Shown here: piece after piece, positions 9,725 through 17,481 of the stretch | Layout of the letters: each line of letters begins with the position of its first letter | Numbering within the stretch: the stretch's first letter is position 1 | Assembly (NCBI GenBank): GCA_944372205.1 | Contig: CALVYM010000002.1 | Coordinates: forward strand, 1 to 38,104 | DNA from: an uncultured Bacilli bacterium | GTDB lineage: Bacteria > Bacillota_I > Bacilli_A > RF39 > UBA660 | Direction: 5' to 3' | DNA: 38,104 nt | Position numbers and translations under genes: made by a program | Notes under the pieces: model-generated | Databases searched by the model: none | The model's input: only the letters and a program-made list of their open reading frames with translations | What the model was told of the DNA's origin: nothing

Positions 9725-9755
9725 TTGACTTAAAGCTAGCTTTAAGTGATATGAT
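9725..9755 (+). promoter_or_regulatory. Second promoter with 19-bp spacer and perfect 20-bp palindrome (MerR-type architecture)
   Basis: TTGACT 9725-9730, 19-bp spacer, TATGAT 9750-9755. Perfect palindrome ACTTAAAGCTAGCTTTAAGT at 9728-9747. Confidence 0.6.
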
Positions 9756-9797
9756 ATTAATGTAAATTAATATTAATTTGTTTTAAGGAGGAGAAAA

Positions 9798-10262
9798 ATG
9801 AGTAAAACAATAGTGTGTTATTTTTCAGCTAGTGGTACAACTAGAGGAGTTGCTACAAATCTAGCAAATATGATTATTGCTGACTTATTTGAAATAAAGC
9901 CAGTAGAAAGTTATAGCGAAGCAGATTTAAATTGGATGGATAAATCTAGTCGTTCATCTAAAGAAAATGATAATAAAACATCTAGACCAGAAATAAAAGA
10001 AAAAATAGATTTATCAAATTATGATAAGGTATTAATTGGTTATCCTATCTGGTGGGGAGTACCTCCGAGGATAATTAATACATTTATTGAAGAAAATAAT
10101 TTAGAAAATAAAAAAATATATTTATTTGCCACTTCTGGTGGATCAAATATCAATACTAGTGTAAATTATTTAAAAGAAGAATATCCTTATTTAAATATTA
10201 TTAGTGGAAAACTATTATCAAGTTATTTAGATAACGAAGAAATTCAAAAATGGTTAGTATAA
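9798..10262 (+). CDS. Flavodoxin-family protein
   Basis: N-terminal FMN phosphate loop CYFSASGTTRG, YPIWWGVPP, ATSGGS. Strong RBS AAGGAGG. Confidence 0.8.
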   Translation: MSKTIVCYFSASGTTRGVATNLANMIIADLFEIKPVESYSEADLNWMDKSSRSSKENDNKTSRPEIKEKIDLSNYDKVLIGYPIWWGVPPRIINTFIEENNLENKKIYLFATSGGSNINTSVNYLKEEYPYLNIISGKLLSSYLDNEEIQKWLV

Positions 10263-10320
10263 TTTAGAATTAATACACTAATCATGCTATGATGATGCCA
10301 AAGAATAGCTGGTTTATAAA

Positions 10321-10345
10321 ATGTCTTAAATTTAAGGCATTTTTT
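10321..10345 (+). terminator. Rho-independent terminator after flavodoxin gene
   Basis: Stem ATGTCTT / AAGGCAT (one G-T pair) with loop AAATTT, followed by TTTTT. Confidence 0.55.
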
Positions 10346-10381
10346 CATATATTATGATATAATTTAGTTAGGTGTTTATTT

Positions 10382-10744
10382 ATGAAAAATAAGAAGTTAA
10401 TTAATAGTTTTAAGTATGCATTTATTGGCATTGGTAAAGCATTTTGGACTGAAAGAAACATGAAAATTCATGTATCAATTATGTTATTTGTAATAATTAT
10501 GGGAATGGTTTTTAAAATAAGTGTGCTTGAGTGGATTATTTGTGTTTGTTGGTTTTCTATAGTTATTGGAGGAGAGATGTTTAATACCGCAATTGAACAA
10601 GTAGTAAATATTGCTATGCCTAAAAAGGATGAAAGAGCAAAACTTGCTAAAGATATTTCTGCTGGAGGAGTACTTGTATTTGCTATTGGTTCAGCTATTG
10701 TTGGCTTAATAATCTTTTTACCAAAGATTATAGCATTATTTTAA
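10382..10744 (+). CDS. dgkA: Diacylglycerol/undecaprenol kinase DgkA family
   Basis: 120-aa three-TM protein with the family motifs TERNMKIH, GGEMFNTAIEQVV and KDISAGGVL. Confidence 0.85.
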   Translation: MKNKKLINSFKYAFIGIGKAFWTERNMKIHVSIMLFVIIMGMVFKISVLEWIICVCWFSIVIGGEMFNTAIEQVVNIAMPKKDERAKLAKDISAGGVLVFAIGSAIVGLIIFLPKIIALF

Positions 10745-10753
10745 GGATAATCT

Positions 10754-12049
10754 ATGAATGAAGATTTAAAAATTATTAAGAAAAAATATGGCGAAGGTAT
10801 GATGCATTTGTGCCGTGATTTATTTCCAACACTACTTGAAAAGCGTGGTTTACTACCTCAAATACTATTAAATAATTTTCATGAAAATCATTATCTTTCT
10901 AAAGATATTGTAGAAAATAATCTTGAATATTATTTTAAAAATTTTATTTATAGTTTTGTTGATGTAGAAAATAATTATGTTTTAAGAAGTAATAAAACTC
11001 CCGAAGAATTACTAAGAGAAGCTGGTTATAAGTTGTATAAGTGTAAGAACAAAGAAGATATAAATAAATTTAGAAAATATTATGCACCAGGAGAAGAACT
11101 TTGCTCATTTTGGTTAAATCGCCTTGCCTCATGTTTTGTCTTCTTCGCGGTCAAAGAAAATGTCGATGACATAAGAAGAGAAGATTTTAAAAATCCTAAA
11201 AGACAAGATCTATACGGAACAAGTGTGATAAGTATTCAGTTTACGAAAGATGATGCTCATACACTATCTATTAAAAATAGATATAATCATTCCGTAAATG
11301 ATCCTGATGCTACTTTTTCTAATAATCTAGATAACATAATACCAGGTCTTACCGATAGTTTTGCAAGATTTTATGGTTTAGAACAAAGGGTATTTCATAA
11401 ATATTTAGATATCCCCGGTTATGTTAAAGCCAGTGATGGTAAATATTATAAATATAATTTTGAATTTAATAACATTTATTATTGTCCCGATAATATAATT
11501 ATTGATAACTTTGAAGTAAAAGAGTATCCTCATGAAAAATATATAATAATAGATTATTTTATAATAGATTTGGTCAATAAAACTATTAGAGTATATGATG
11601 AATTTTTAAGAGATAGCTTGCCCGATACCATAAAAGATATAGTAAAGATAAGTATTATAAATGAAGGTGAAAATAAGAAAATTATATTTATAACAGAAAA
11701 TGGTGAAGTACAAATAATTATTAATAAATACAATCAAATTATTTCTTTAACTAATAACATAGTAAATGTAATTGGAGACAATTTTTTAAGGCATAATAAA
11801 ACTCTAGAACATATAAAATTAGCAAATGTTGAGGAAATTGGAGATTCTTTTCTTTTTTCCAATAATGCAATGTCTGAAATACATTTAAACAAAGTAAAAT
11901 TTATTGGTGATAATTTTATGAATTTAAATACAATTTTAAAGAGTGCTAATTTTTTAGAACTTGAAAGTATTGGTGGTAGCTTTTTAATGATGGATGTTAA
12001 TTTAGAAGAATTAAATGCTCCGAAATTAAACGGAGGCAGAGGAAGATAA
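10754..12049 (+). CDS. Hypothetical protein with C-terminal BspA-type leucine-rich repeats
   Basis: Repeats of roughly 22 aa: IGDNFLRHNKTLEHIKL / IGDSFLFSNNAMSEIHL / IGDNFMNLNTILKSANF / IGGSFLMMDVNLEELNA. The N-terminal ~330 aa are unassigned. Ends GGRGR, and the stop overlaps the next ATG (TAATG). Confidence 0.6.
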   Translation: MNEDLKIIKKKYGEGMMHLCRDLFPTLLEKRGLLPQILLNNFHENHYLSKDIVENNLEYYFKNFIYSFVDVENNYVLRSNKTPEELLREAGYKLYKCKNKEDINKFRKYYAPGEELCSFWLNRLASCFVFFAVKENVDDIRREDFKNPKRQDLYGTSVISIQFTKDDAHTLSIKNRYNHSVNDPDATFSNNLDNIIPGLTDSFARFYGLEQRVFHKYLDIPGYVKASDGKYYKYNFEFNNIYYCPDNIIIDNFEVKEYPHEKYIIIDYFIIDLVNKTIRVYDEFLRDSLPDTIKDIVKISIINEGENKKIIFITENGEVQIIINKYNQIISLTNNIVNVIGDNFLRHNKTLEHIKLANVEEIGDSFLFSNNAMSEIHLNKVKFIGDNFMNLNTILKSANFLELESIGGSFLMMDVNLEELNAPKLNGGRGR

Positions 12050-12324
12050 TGAAAATTTTAGAAATTATAAATATTGATAAATTTAAATATACTTTAAAAG
12101 ATTTAGAAAAAGAATATATCCTAAATTTAGAATTTGTTAGTATAATACCTATTATTGGTGATAAAATAATTATTCATGAAAAATTACTAAATATTTCATA
12201 TTTACTTAGTTTTGGACCACTTGATTGTATTTATGGCAAAAATATCAAAGATAAAAATGATCAAGATATTATTGTAATTATTCACAATGATAACAAAACA
12301 TATTTAAAAAGGTTATATGGCTAA
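12049..12324 (+). CDS. Small hypothetical protein, translationally coupled to the LRR protein gene
   Basis: The ATG overlaps the upstream TAA, and an SD-like GGAGGCAGAGGAAG lies inside the upstream gene's 3' end. No motif recognised. Confidence 0.5.
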   Translation: MKILEIINIDKFKYTLKDLEKEYILNLEFVSIIPIIGDKIIIHEKLLNISYLLSFGPLDCIYGKNIKDKNDQDIIVIIHNDNKTYLKRLYG

Positions 12325-12358
12325 AAAAAGATTGTTATTTAATTAGCAATCTTTTTTT
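12323..12358. terminator. Bidirectional terminator between convergent genes
   Basis: 12-bp stem AAAAAAAGATTG / CAATCTTTTTTT with a 12-nt loop. It overlaps the last codons of the minus-strand gene. Confidence 0.6.
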
Positions 12359-13669
12359 AAATTTTAGTTTTTCTAATATATTTTTTAATATAATTGTATG
12401 TTCTAAATCTTTAGATTTATTTAAAGTAAGTTTAAATATAATTTTATTAGTATCAATTATTAATTTATCAATTTCTTTAAAACCTATCTCAGATTTTAAT
12501 AATTCATCTATTTTTTGTTCATAACATTTAGTTAAAAATAAATCTAATTTTAAGTAATTTTTTTCTGATTGATGTTTTACCAATTTTTCCAGAGTTAGAT
12601 TTATATTGTCTATGGCTGATAAATTATTATTAAAAATATTTTTAGATATTGTTTTATAATCTTTATTAAATTTTTGTAAAACTTTAGTAGAATCTAAATA
12701 ATTCATATGAAAAAAATCTTTTAGATTAATTAATGAAAGCATTATATCACCATAATTAAATATGGCACTATAAATACTAAAAGGACGAGTTAAGTTAAGG
12801 TAATTACCTTTAATACCAATAAAATTTTTATAATTTGGTTCATTAAAGGAACTTGCATTATATCTTGATTCTACTTCTTGAAATAATTCATTTATATACT
12901 CATATTTTTGCAAACTCATATAGTTTGTACTAACATTAAAATCAATGTTCTTATCACTTTTAATAATTTTATTATATTTATTATTATAAATTGTTCTTAA
13001 ATCATGTAAGATATCCATAAATATTTCATTATCACTTTTTATTCTTTCTAAAGAAATATCTTCTAATAACTTTATTTTATTTTTTTCTAATTCATCAGTT
13101 AATTTTTCATATATTAAATTTCTATTATCATGATAAACAGAAATACCATTAGCACTCTTAATTTTTAGAGCATGACCTAATTCATGATCAAATACTTGGG
13201 ATATAAACATATTTAAGTATTGTTTAAAATACTCATTTATTTTATCTGGAATATTAGGAATATCCACAATATATTTATTAAAAGCATCATGGGTAAAGTA
13301 AATAGCTTTATTACGAATTTGATAATAACAAATACTAGCATCTTTATCATGATTTATATAAACCTTTTTTAAATTATTAAATAATCTATTTAATAAAAAA
13401 TCTTCTAAATTATAATAACCATTATTATCTTTAATAGCATAGCTCGTAAATGAATCTTCCTTTATTGATATTTTAGGATATACATCTTTATACATATAAT
13501 ATCTATTAATTATTCCTAAAGTGATATATTCTTTATATTTTTCCATAGGAACAATATCGGTATTAAAATAACAAGATATTAGTTCATATACCTTCCTTTC
13601 AATACTTTCAGTTTCATTTAAAATGTCTTTTTTAACTTTTTCAAAATATTTTTCATAACTTAAATACAT
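12335..13669 (-). CDS. Hypothetical protein with HExxH zinc-metallopeptidase motif
   Basis: 444-aa ORF with an AAAAGGAGAA RBS on the minus strand. Single HELGH motif (FDHELGHALK). No signal peptide seen. Confidence 0.5.
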   Translation of the reverse strand: MYLSYEKYFEKVKKDILNETESIERKVYELISCYFNTDIVPMEKYKEYITLGIINRYYMYKDVYPKISIKEDSFTSYAIKDNNGYYNLEDFLLNRLFNNLKKVYINHDKDASICYYQIRNKAIYFTHDAFNKYIVDIPNIPDKINEYFKQYLNMFISQVFDHELGHALKIKSANGISVYHDNRNLIYEKLTDELEKNKIKLLEDISLERIKSDNEIFMDILHDLRTIYNNKYNKIIKSDKNIDFNVSTNYMSLQKYEYINELFQEVESRYNASSFNEPNYKNFIGIKGNYLNLTRPFSIYSAIFNYGDIMLSLINLKDFFHMNYLDSTKVLQKFNKDYKTISKNIFNNNLSAIDNINLTLEKLVKHQSEKNYLKLDLFLTKCYEQKIDELLKSEIGFKEIDKLIIDTNKIIFKLTLNKSKDLEHTIILKNILEKLKFKKRLLIK

Positions 13670-13718
13670 ATAAATTCTCCTTTTGGTTTGCTATAATACC
13701 ACATTAAATGCAAATTTT

Positions 13719-13736
13719 TTGTCGAATCTTGTCGAA
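13719..13736 (+). repeat. Tandem octamer TTGTCGAA-TC-TTGTCGAA (10-bp period), left copy
   Basis: Read directly from the sequence. An inverted counterpart lies at 16483-16500. Confidence 0.7.
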
Positions 13737-13805
13737 GATGTTAAAAAAATTGAAAAAACTTGCAAAATATACCCAAAATCTCTTAAATGTTATATAATAT
13801 TAGTG

Positions 13806-15995
13806 ATGTTTATGAAAAAAATAGTATTAAAAATTTCAGGTATGACTTGTAGTGCTTGTTCATCTGGTTTAGAAAAGTATTTAAATAAACAAAAAGGAAT
13901 AATTAGGGCAAGTGTTAATTTAGTATTAAGTATTGCTAGCGTTGAGTATCAGGGATTATCTATAAAAGAAATTGAAAAATATATAGAGAATGCCGGATTT
14001 AAAAGTGCTGGAGAGTTTAAAAATATAAGTGAAGTTGAAAATAAAAAGCCCGAGAAGATAAAATTAATTGTTTTAGGTATATTGATAATTTTGATGATGT
14101 ATGTAGGAATGAATCACATGTTTAATTTACCAAATGTTTTACTTCTTAATCATAATCATCCAATAATACTTGCATCATTCATGTTTATTGTTGCAATAAT
14201 TTTCTTAATATATGGATTTGATATAATAAAAAATGGTTGGAAGAATTTAATTCATTTAATTCCTAATATGGATACTTTAGTAATGTTTAGTGTGGTATGT
14301 AGCTTTTTATATAGTCTTTATGGCTTTATAGAGATTATTTTAGGAAATACAGAATTTGTTCATAATTTGTATTTTGAATCTACTTGTATGATTATTTATT
14401 TTATTAAATTAGGAAGATTTATTGAAGATATTAGTAAAGATAAAACTAAGAGTGCTTTAAGTAATTTAGTTCAAATTACTCCAGATTATGCTATATTAAA
14501 AAAGAAGAAAAGCAAAGAAATAAAACTAACAATTGATGAAGTTAAACCGGGAGATATCTTAATTAGTAAATCGGGAGAAAAAATTGCTGTTGATGGTATA
14601 GTTGATAGTGGCAAAAGTTATGTCGATGAATCATTTATTACGGGAGAGAGTAAACCCGTATTAAAAAATAAAGGTTCTAAAGTTATTGCTGGATCAATCC
14701 TTTATGACGGCTATTTAGAATATAAGGCAACAGATATTGGCAAAAATTCAACAATTTCCAAAATTATTGAAATAGTAATTAATGCCACATCTAATAAAAG
14801 TAAAATTCAAAGAATAACAGATAAAATAAGTGGTTATTTTGTTCCAATAATATTTATTATTGCTCTTATTACTTTTATTGTTCATTTGTTTATAAATTCA
14901 TCTTTTAGTGAATCACTAATTTACTTTGTAACTGTACTTGTTGTTGCTTGCCCTTGTGCAATAGGCCTAGCAGTCCCTTTAGTAGTTGTAATAAGTAATG
15001 GCCTTTGTGCACAAAAAGGAATATTTCTTAAAAATGGTGATGTAATAGAAACGGCTCGTAATATTAATACAATAGTTTTTGATAAAACCGGGACTTTAAC
15101 AAATGGTAAGTTAAATATAGATAAAGTTTTTAATTATTCAAGCAGGAGTAATCAAGAATTATTAAATATTGTTAGCAATATTGAAAGTTTATCTAATCAT
15201 CCTATATCAACAGCATTTAGTATAGAACAAAAATTAGATGTTAGTAATTACGAAGCTATGAGTGGTATCGGTATAAAGGGTAGCATTAATAATAAAACAT
15301 ATTATTTAGGCAATGCAAAACTACTAGAAAAATTAAAAATTAGAAATAATTATGCTGATGATTATTCAAAGTTAATTAATTTAGGATGTAGTATAGTTTT
15401 TGTAGTTGAAAATAAAAAAGTTTTAGCATTAATTGGAGTTCGTGATACTATAAGGAAAGATGTAAAAAAAGCAATAAAAGAATTTAATAAAAATAATATT
15501 GATGTATATATGCTAACTGGTGATAATCATATAACAGCAGAAGTTATAGCAAGAGAATTAGGTATTAAAAATGTTTTCGCTAATAGCTTACCACAAGATA
15601 AAGATAAATTTATTAAAGACTTAATTAATGATGGTAAGTTTGTTGCTATGACAGGTGATGGTATCAATGATGCACCAGCATTAAAATGTGCAAGTGTTGC
15701 TATAAGTATAAATGATGGAACAGATATTGCTATAGATTCTGCTGATGTAATTCTTATGAATAATGATATCAATAATATAATTGACTTAATAAAAATAAGC
15801 AAAAAATCTTATAAAATTATTAAACAAAATCTATTTTGGGCATTTTTATATAATATGTGTATGATACCAATTGCAGCTGGTGCATTTTCTTATTATGGTA
15901 TAAGTATGAGCCCTATGATTGGTAGTATTGCTATGGTTATAAGTAGTATAACTGTTGTTTTAAATTCATTAAGACTAAGGAGGATAAAAATATGA
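13806..15995 (+). CDS. copA: Copper-translocating P1B-type ATPase
   Basis: N-terminal HMA domain GMTCSACS, CPC motif VACPCAIGLAVP, phosphorylation site DKTGTLT, TGDN, GDGINDAP. The start is ATG 13806 or 13812 (MFMKK), not the track's upstream extension from 13683. Confidence 0.93.
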   Translation: MFMKKIVLKISGMTCSACSSGLEKYLNKQKGIIRASVNLVLSIASVEYQGLSIKEIEKYIENAGFKSAGEFKNISEVENKKPEKIKLIVLGILIILMMYVGMNHMFNLPNVLLLNHNHPIILASFMFIVAIIFLIYGFDIIKNGWKNLIHLIPNMDTLVMFSVVCSFLYSLYGFIEIILGNTEFVHNLYFESTCMIIYFIKLGRFIEDISKDKTKSALSNLVQITPDYAILKKKKSKEIKLTIDEVKPGDILISKSGEKIAVDGIVDSGKSYVDESFITGESKPVLKNKGSKVIAGSILYDGYLEYKATDIGKNSTISKIIEIVINATSNKSKIQRITDKISGYFVPIIFIIALITFIVHLFINSSFSESLIYFVTVLVVACPCAIGLAVPLVVVISNGLCAQKGIFLKNGDVIETARNINTIVFDKTGTLTNGKLNIDKVFNYSSRSNQELLNIVSNIESLSNHPISTAFSIEQKLDVSNYEAMSGIGIKGSINNKTYYLGNAKLLEKLKIRNNYADDYSKLINLGCSIVFVVENKKVLALIGVRDTIRKDVKKAIKEFNKNNIDVYMLTGDNHITAEVIARELGIKNVFANSLPQDKDKFIKDLINDGKFVAMTGDGINDAPALKCASVAISINDGTDIAIDSADVILMNNDINNIIDLIKISKKSYKIIKQNLFWAFLYNMCMIPIAAGAFSYYGISMSPMIGSIAMVISSITVVLNSLRLRRIKI

Positions 15996-16201
15996 AATAT
16001 GAATTAGAAATTACTGGAATTAAATGCGAAGGTTGTATAAATCGCATTAAAAATATAGTATCTAGTATTAAAGGGGTTACAAGTTATGATATAACTCTTG
16101 ATAATAAAATACTTTCTATTACTGTAAAAAAAGAAAGAGTATTAGATGAAGTTATTAAGAAAATAGAAAAATTAGGTTTTGAAGTTAATAATAAAAAATA
16201 A
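15992..16201 (+). CDS. copZ: Copper chaperone CopZ-like HMA-domain protein
   Basis: 69-aa ferredoxin-like HMA fold with metal site GIKCEGC. ATGA overlap with the copA stop. Confidence 0.8.
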   Translation: MKYELEITGIKCEGCINRIKNIVSSIKGVTSYDITLDNKILSITVKKERVLDEVIKKIEKLGFEVNNKK

Positions 16202-16230
16202 TTGTAATTTATTTAAAATTTTGGTATATT
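16202..16230 (+). promoter_or_regulatory. Sigma-A promoter (TTGTAA-17-TGgTATATT) driving the downstream structured RNA candidate
   Basis: TTGTAA 16202-16207, 17-bp spacer containing a TG extended element, TATATT 16225-16230. Confidence 0.5.
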
Positions 16231-16235
16231 ATATA

Positions 16236-16470
16236 TGTAAGTGTTACCTATATTGGGTAACGCCCTATAGTTTTTGGACGCTATTTTCTAGTGGCGTCTT
16301 TGTCATTGTTACTACCAAATATGATAATAGCAATGATTATCACGAGTTGAAAAAACAATTTATCACTCATAAGCAACCTCCATACCCAGACCCCTTAAAG
16401 GAGGATAAGAAAATTGTCGGCGCTGCACCAATTATAGGTAACGGTTATTTATTATAGCCGTTATTTTTTT
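16236..16470 (+). ncRNA. Structured non-coding RNA candidate (rod-like, 6S-RNA-like topology; identity unproven)
   Basis: Locally GC-enriched island in AT-rich DNA.
- Long-range closing helix: GTTACCTATATTGG (16243-16256) pairs with CCAATTATAGGTAAC (16428-16442), 14 bp with one bulge.
- A further CGCC/GGCG pairing and an AGTTTTT/GAAAATT pairing extend it.
- Internal hairpins: GACGC...GCGTC, TCATTGTTACTA...TAATAGCAATGA and CCTCC...GGAGG.
- Ends in a terminator: AACGGTTAT/ATAGCCGTT plus a T-run. Confidence 0.45.
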
Positions 16471-16482
16471 ATTTGCAAGTGA

Positions 16483-16500
16483 TTCGACAAAGTTCGACAA
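16483..16500 (-). repeat. Tandem octamer TTGTCGAA-CT-TTGTCGAA (read on minus strand), right inverted copy
   Basis: The plus strand reads TTCGACAA-AG-TTCGACAA, the inverted counterpart of 13719-13736. Confidence 0.7.
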
Positions 16501-16580
16501 AGGTTACTAAAATTCATCAGTGTATACTACTTTTTTTCTTTAATTAATGATATAATTAATTTAAGAAAGAAGATGGTATT

Positions 16581-17213
16581 ATGTTAGATAGTGTTGAAGT
16601 ATTAATTCATAGTAGTATAAAATTAAAAAAAGGTTTAGTTATTTATTTTGATCCTTATAAAATAAATAAAGATTATAATGATGCTGATATAGTATTTATT
16701 ACTCATAGTCATTATGATCATTATTCAGAAGATGATTTAAAAAAAGTAATAAAAGATAATACTATAATTATAATACCTAATGATTTAGAAGAAAAAGTAA
16801 TAAAATTAGGTTTTGATAAAGAGCATATTTTAGTTGTAAAGCCAAATGAAGAGTATAATATACTTGGAATTAATTTTAAAACAATACCAGCATATAATAT
16901 AAATAAAAATTTTCATCCAAGAGAAAATAATTGGGTAGGTTATTTAATAAATATAGATAATATAACTTATTATATTGCTGGTGATACAGATATTACTGAA
17001 GAAAATAGAAAAGTTTCATGTGATGTAGCATTTATTCCTATCGGAGGAACATATACCATGACTTATCTTGAAGCGGCAGATTTAGTTAACGAAATAAAAC
17101 CTAAAGTGGTAGTTCCAATTCATTATGGTTTAATCGTAGGTACTAAAGAAGATGCTATAAAATTTAAAGAATTAATTGCTAAAGATATAAAGTGTCAGAT
17201 ATTAATTAAATAA
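16581..17213 (+). CDS. MBL-fold metallo-hydrolase
   Basis: HxHxDH motif THSHYDHY plus downstream D/H ligands (AGDTD, PIHYG). Extended -10 TGaTATAAT upstream. Confidence 0.85.
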   Translation: MLDSVEVLIHSSIKLKKGLVIYFDPYKINKDYNDADIVFITHSHYDHYSEDDLKKVIKDNTIIIIPNDLEEKVIKLGFDKEHILVVKPNEEYNILGINFKTIPAYNINKNFHPRENNWVGYLINIDNITYYIAGDTDITEENRKVSCDVAFIPIGGTYTMTYLEAADLVNEIKPKVVVPIHYGLIVGTKEDAIKFKELIAKDIKCQILIK

Positions 17214-17236
17214 GATAATTTTAAAGGAGGCTAAAA

Positions 17237-17401
17237 ATGTATAAAACTGAGGTTATTGGTTATTGTCCTAAAGCTAAAAACATGGCAAAAAAAATTGAAG
17301 AAAAAATAAATGAAATGACAAAATACAACTATGAATTTATTAGTTTTTCTATAACAGGAAATGCTAAAGCCATTTTAGTTTTTAAAAAAATAATAAAGTA
17401 A
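17237..17401 (+). CDS. Small protein (54 aa) missing from the ORF track
   Basis: ATG sits 6 nt after AAAGGAGG. Translates MYKTEVIGYCPKAKNMAKKIEEKINEMTKYNYEFISFSITGNAKAILVFKKIIK without internal stops. The TAA stop lies in the following hairpin. Confidence 0.6.
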   Translation: MYKTEVIGYCPKAKNMAKKIEEKINEMTKYNYEFISFSITGNAKAILVFKKIIK

Positions 17402-17433
17402 ACTTAAAGTTTAGCTAACTAAACTTTAAGTTT
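17400..17433 (+). promoter_or_regulatory. Perfect 15-bp inverted repeat carrying the ACTTAAAGT half-sites; terminator and/or operator just upstream of a TTGACT -35
   Basis: AAACTTAAAGTTTAG-CTAA-CTAAACTTTAAGTTT. TTGACT at 17435-17440, then a 17-bp spacer and TATCCT at 17458-17463. Confidence 0.5.
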
Positions 17434-17481
17434 ATTGACTAATTTTTAAATATGAGATATCCTTGAAGAAGGAGGAAAGAG

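Noticed and set aside
10324-10337. Palindrome CTTAAATTTAAG after the flavodoxin gene, as a possible fourth ACTTAAAGT-type operator
   Set aside because: The half-site differs (CTTAAA rather than ACTTAAAGT) and there is no spacer. It is followed by a T-run at a gene end, so it is adequately explained as the terminator hairpin.
13683-13805. 41-codon N-terminal extension of copA in the ORF track (non-ATG start at 13683)
   Set aside because: The extension runs through the divergent promoter region and the TTGTCGAA repeats. The HMA domain begins right after MFMKK at 13806/13812, so the extension is an open-frame artefact.
16179-16457. 92-aa plus-strand ORF in the track, downstream of and overlapping copZ
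   Set aside because: It starts with TTG inside copZ and has no RBS. Its composition is odd, and it coincides exactly with a GC-enriched stretch that has its own promoter, terminator and extensive base-pairing. It is better explained as a structured RNA.
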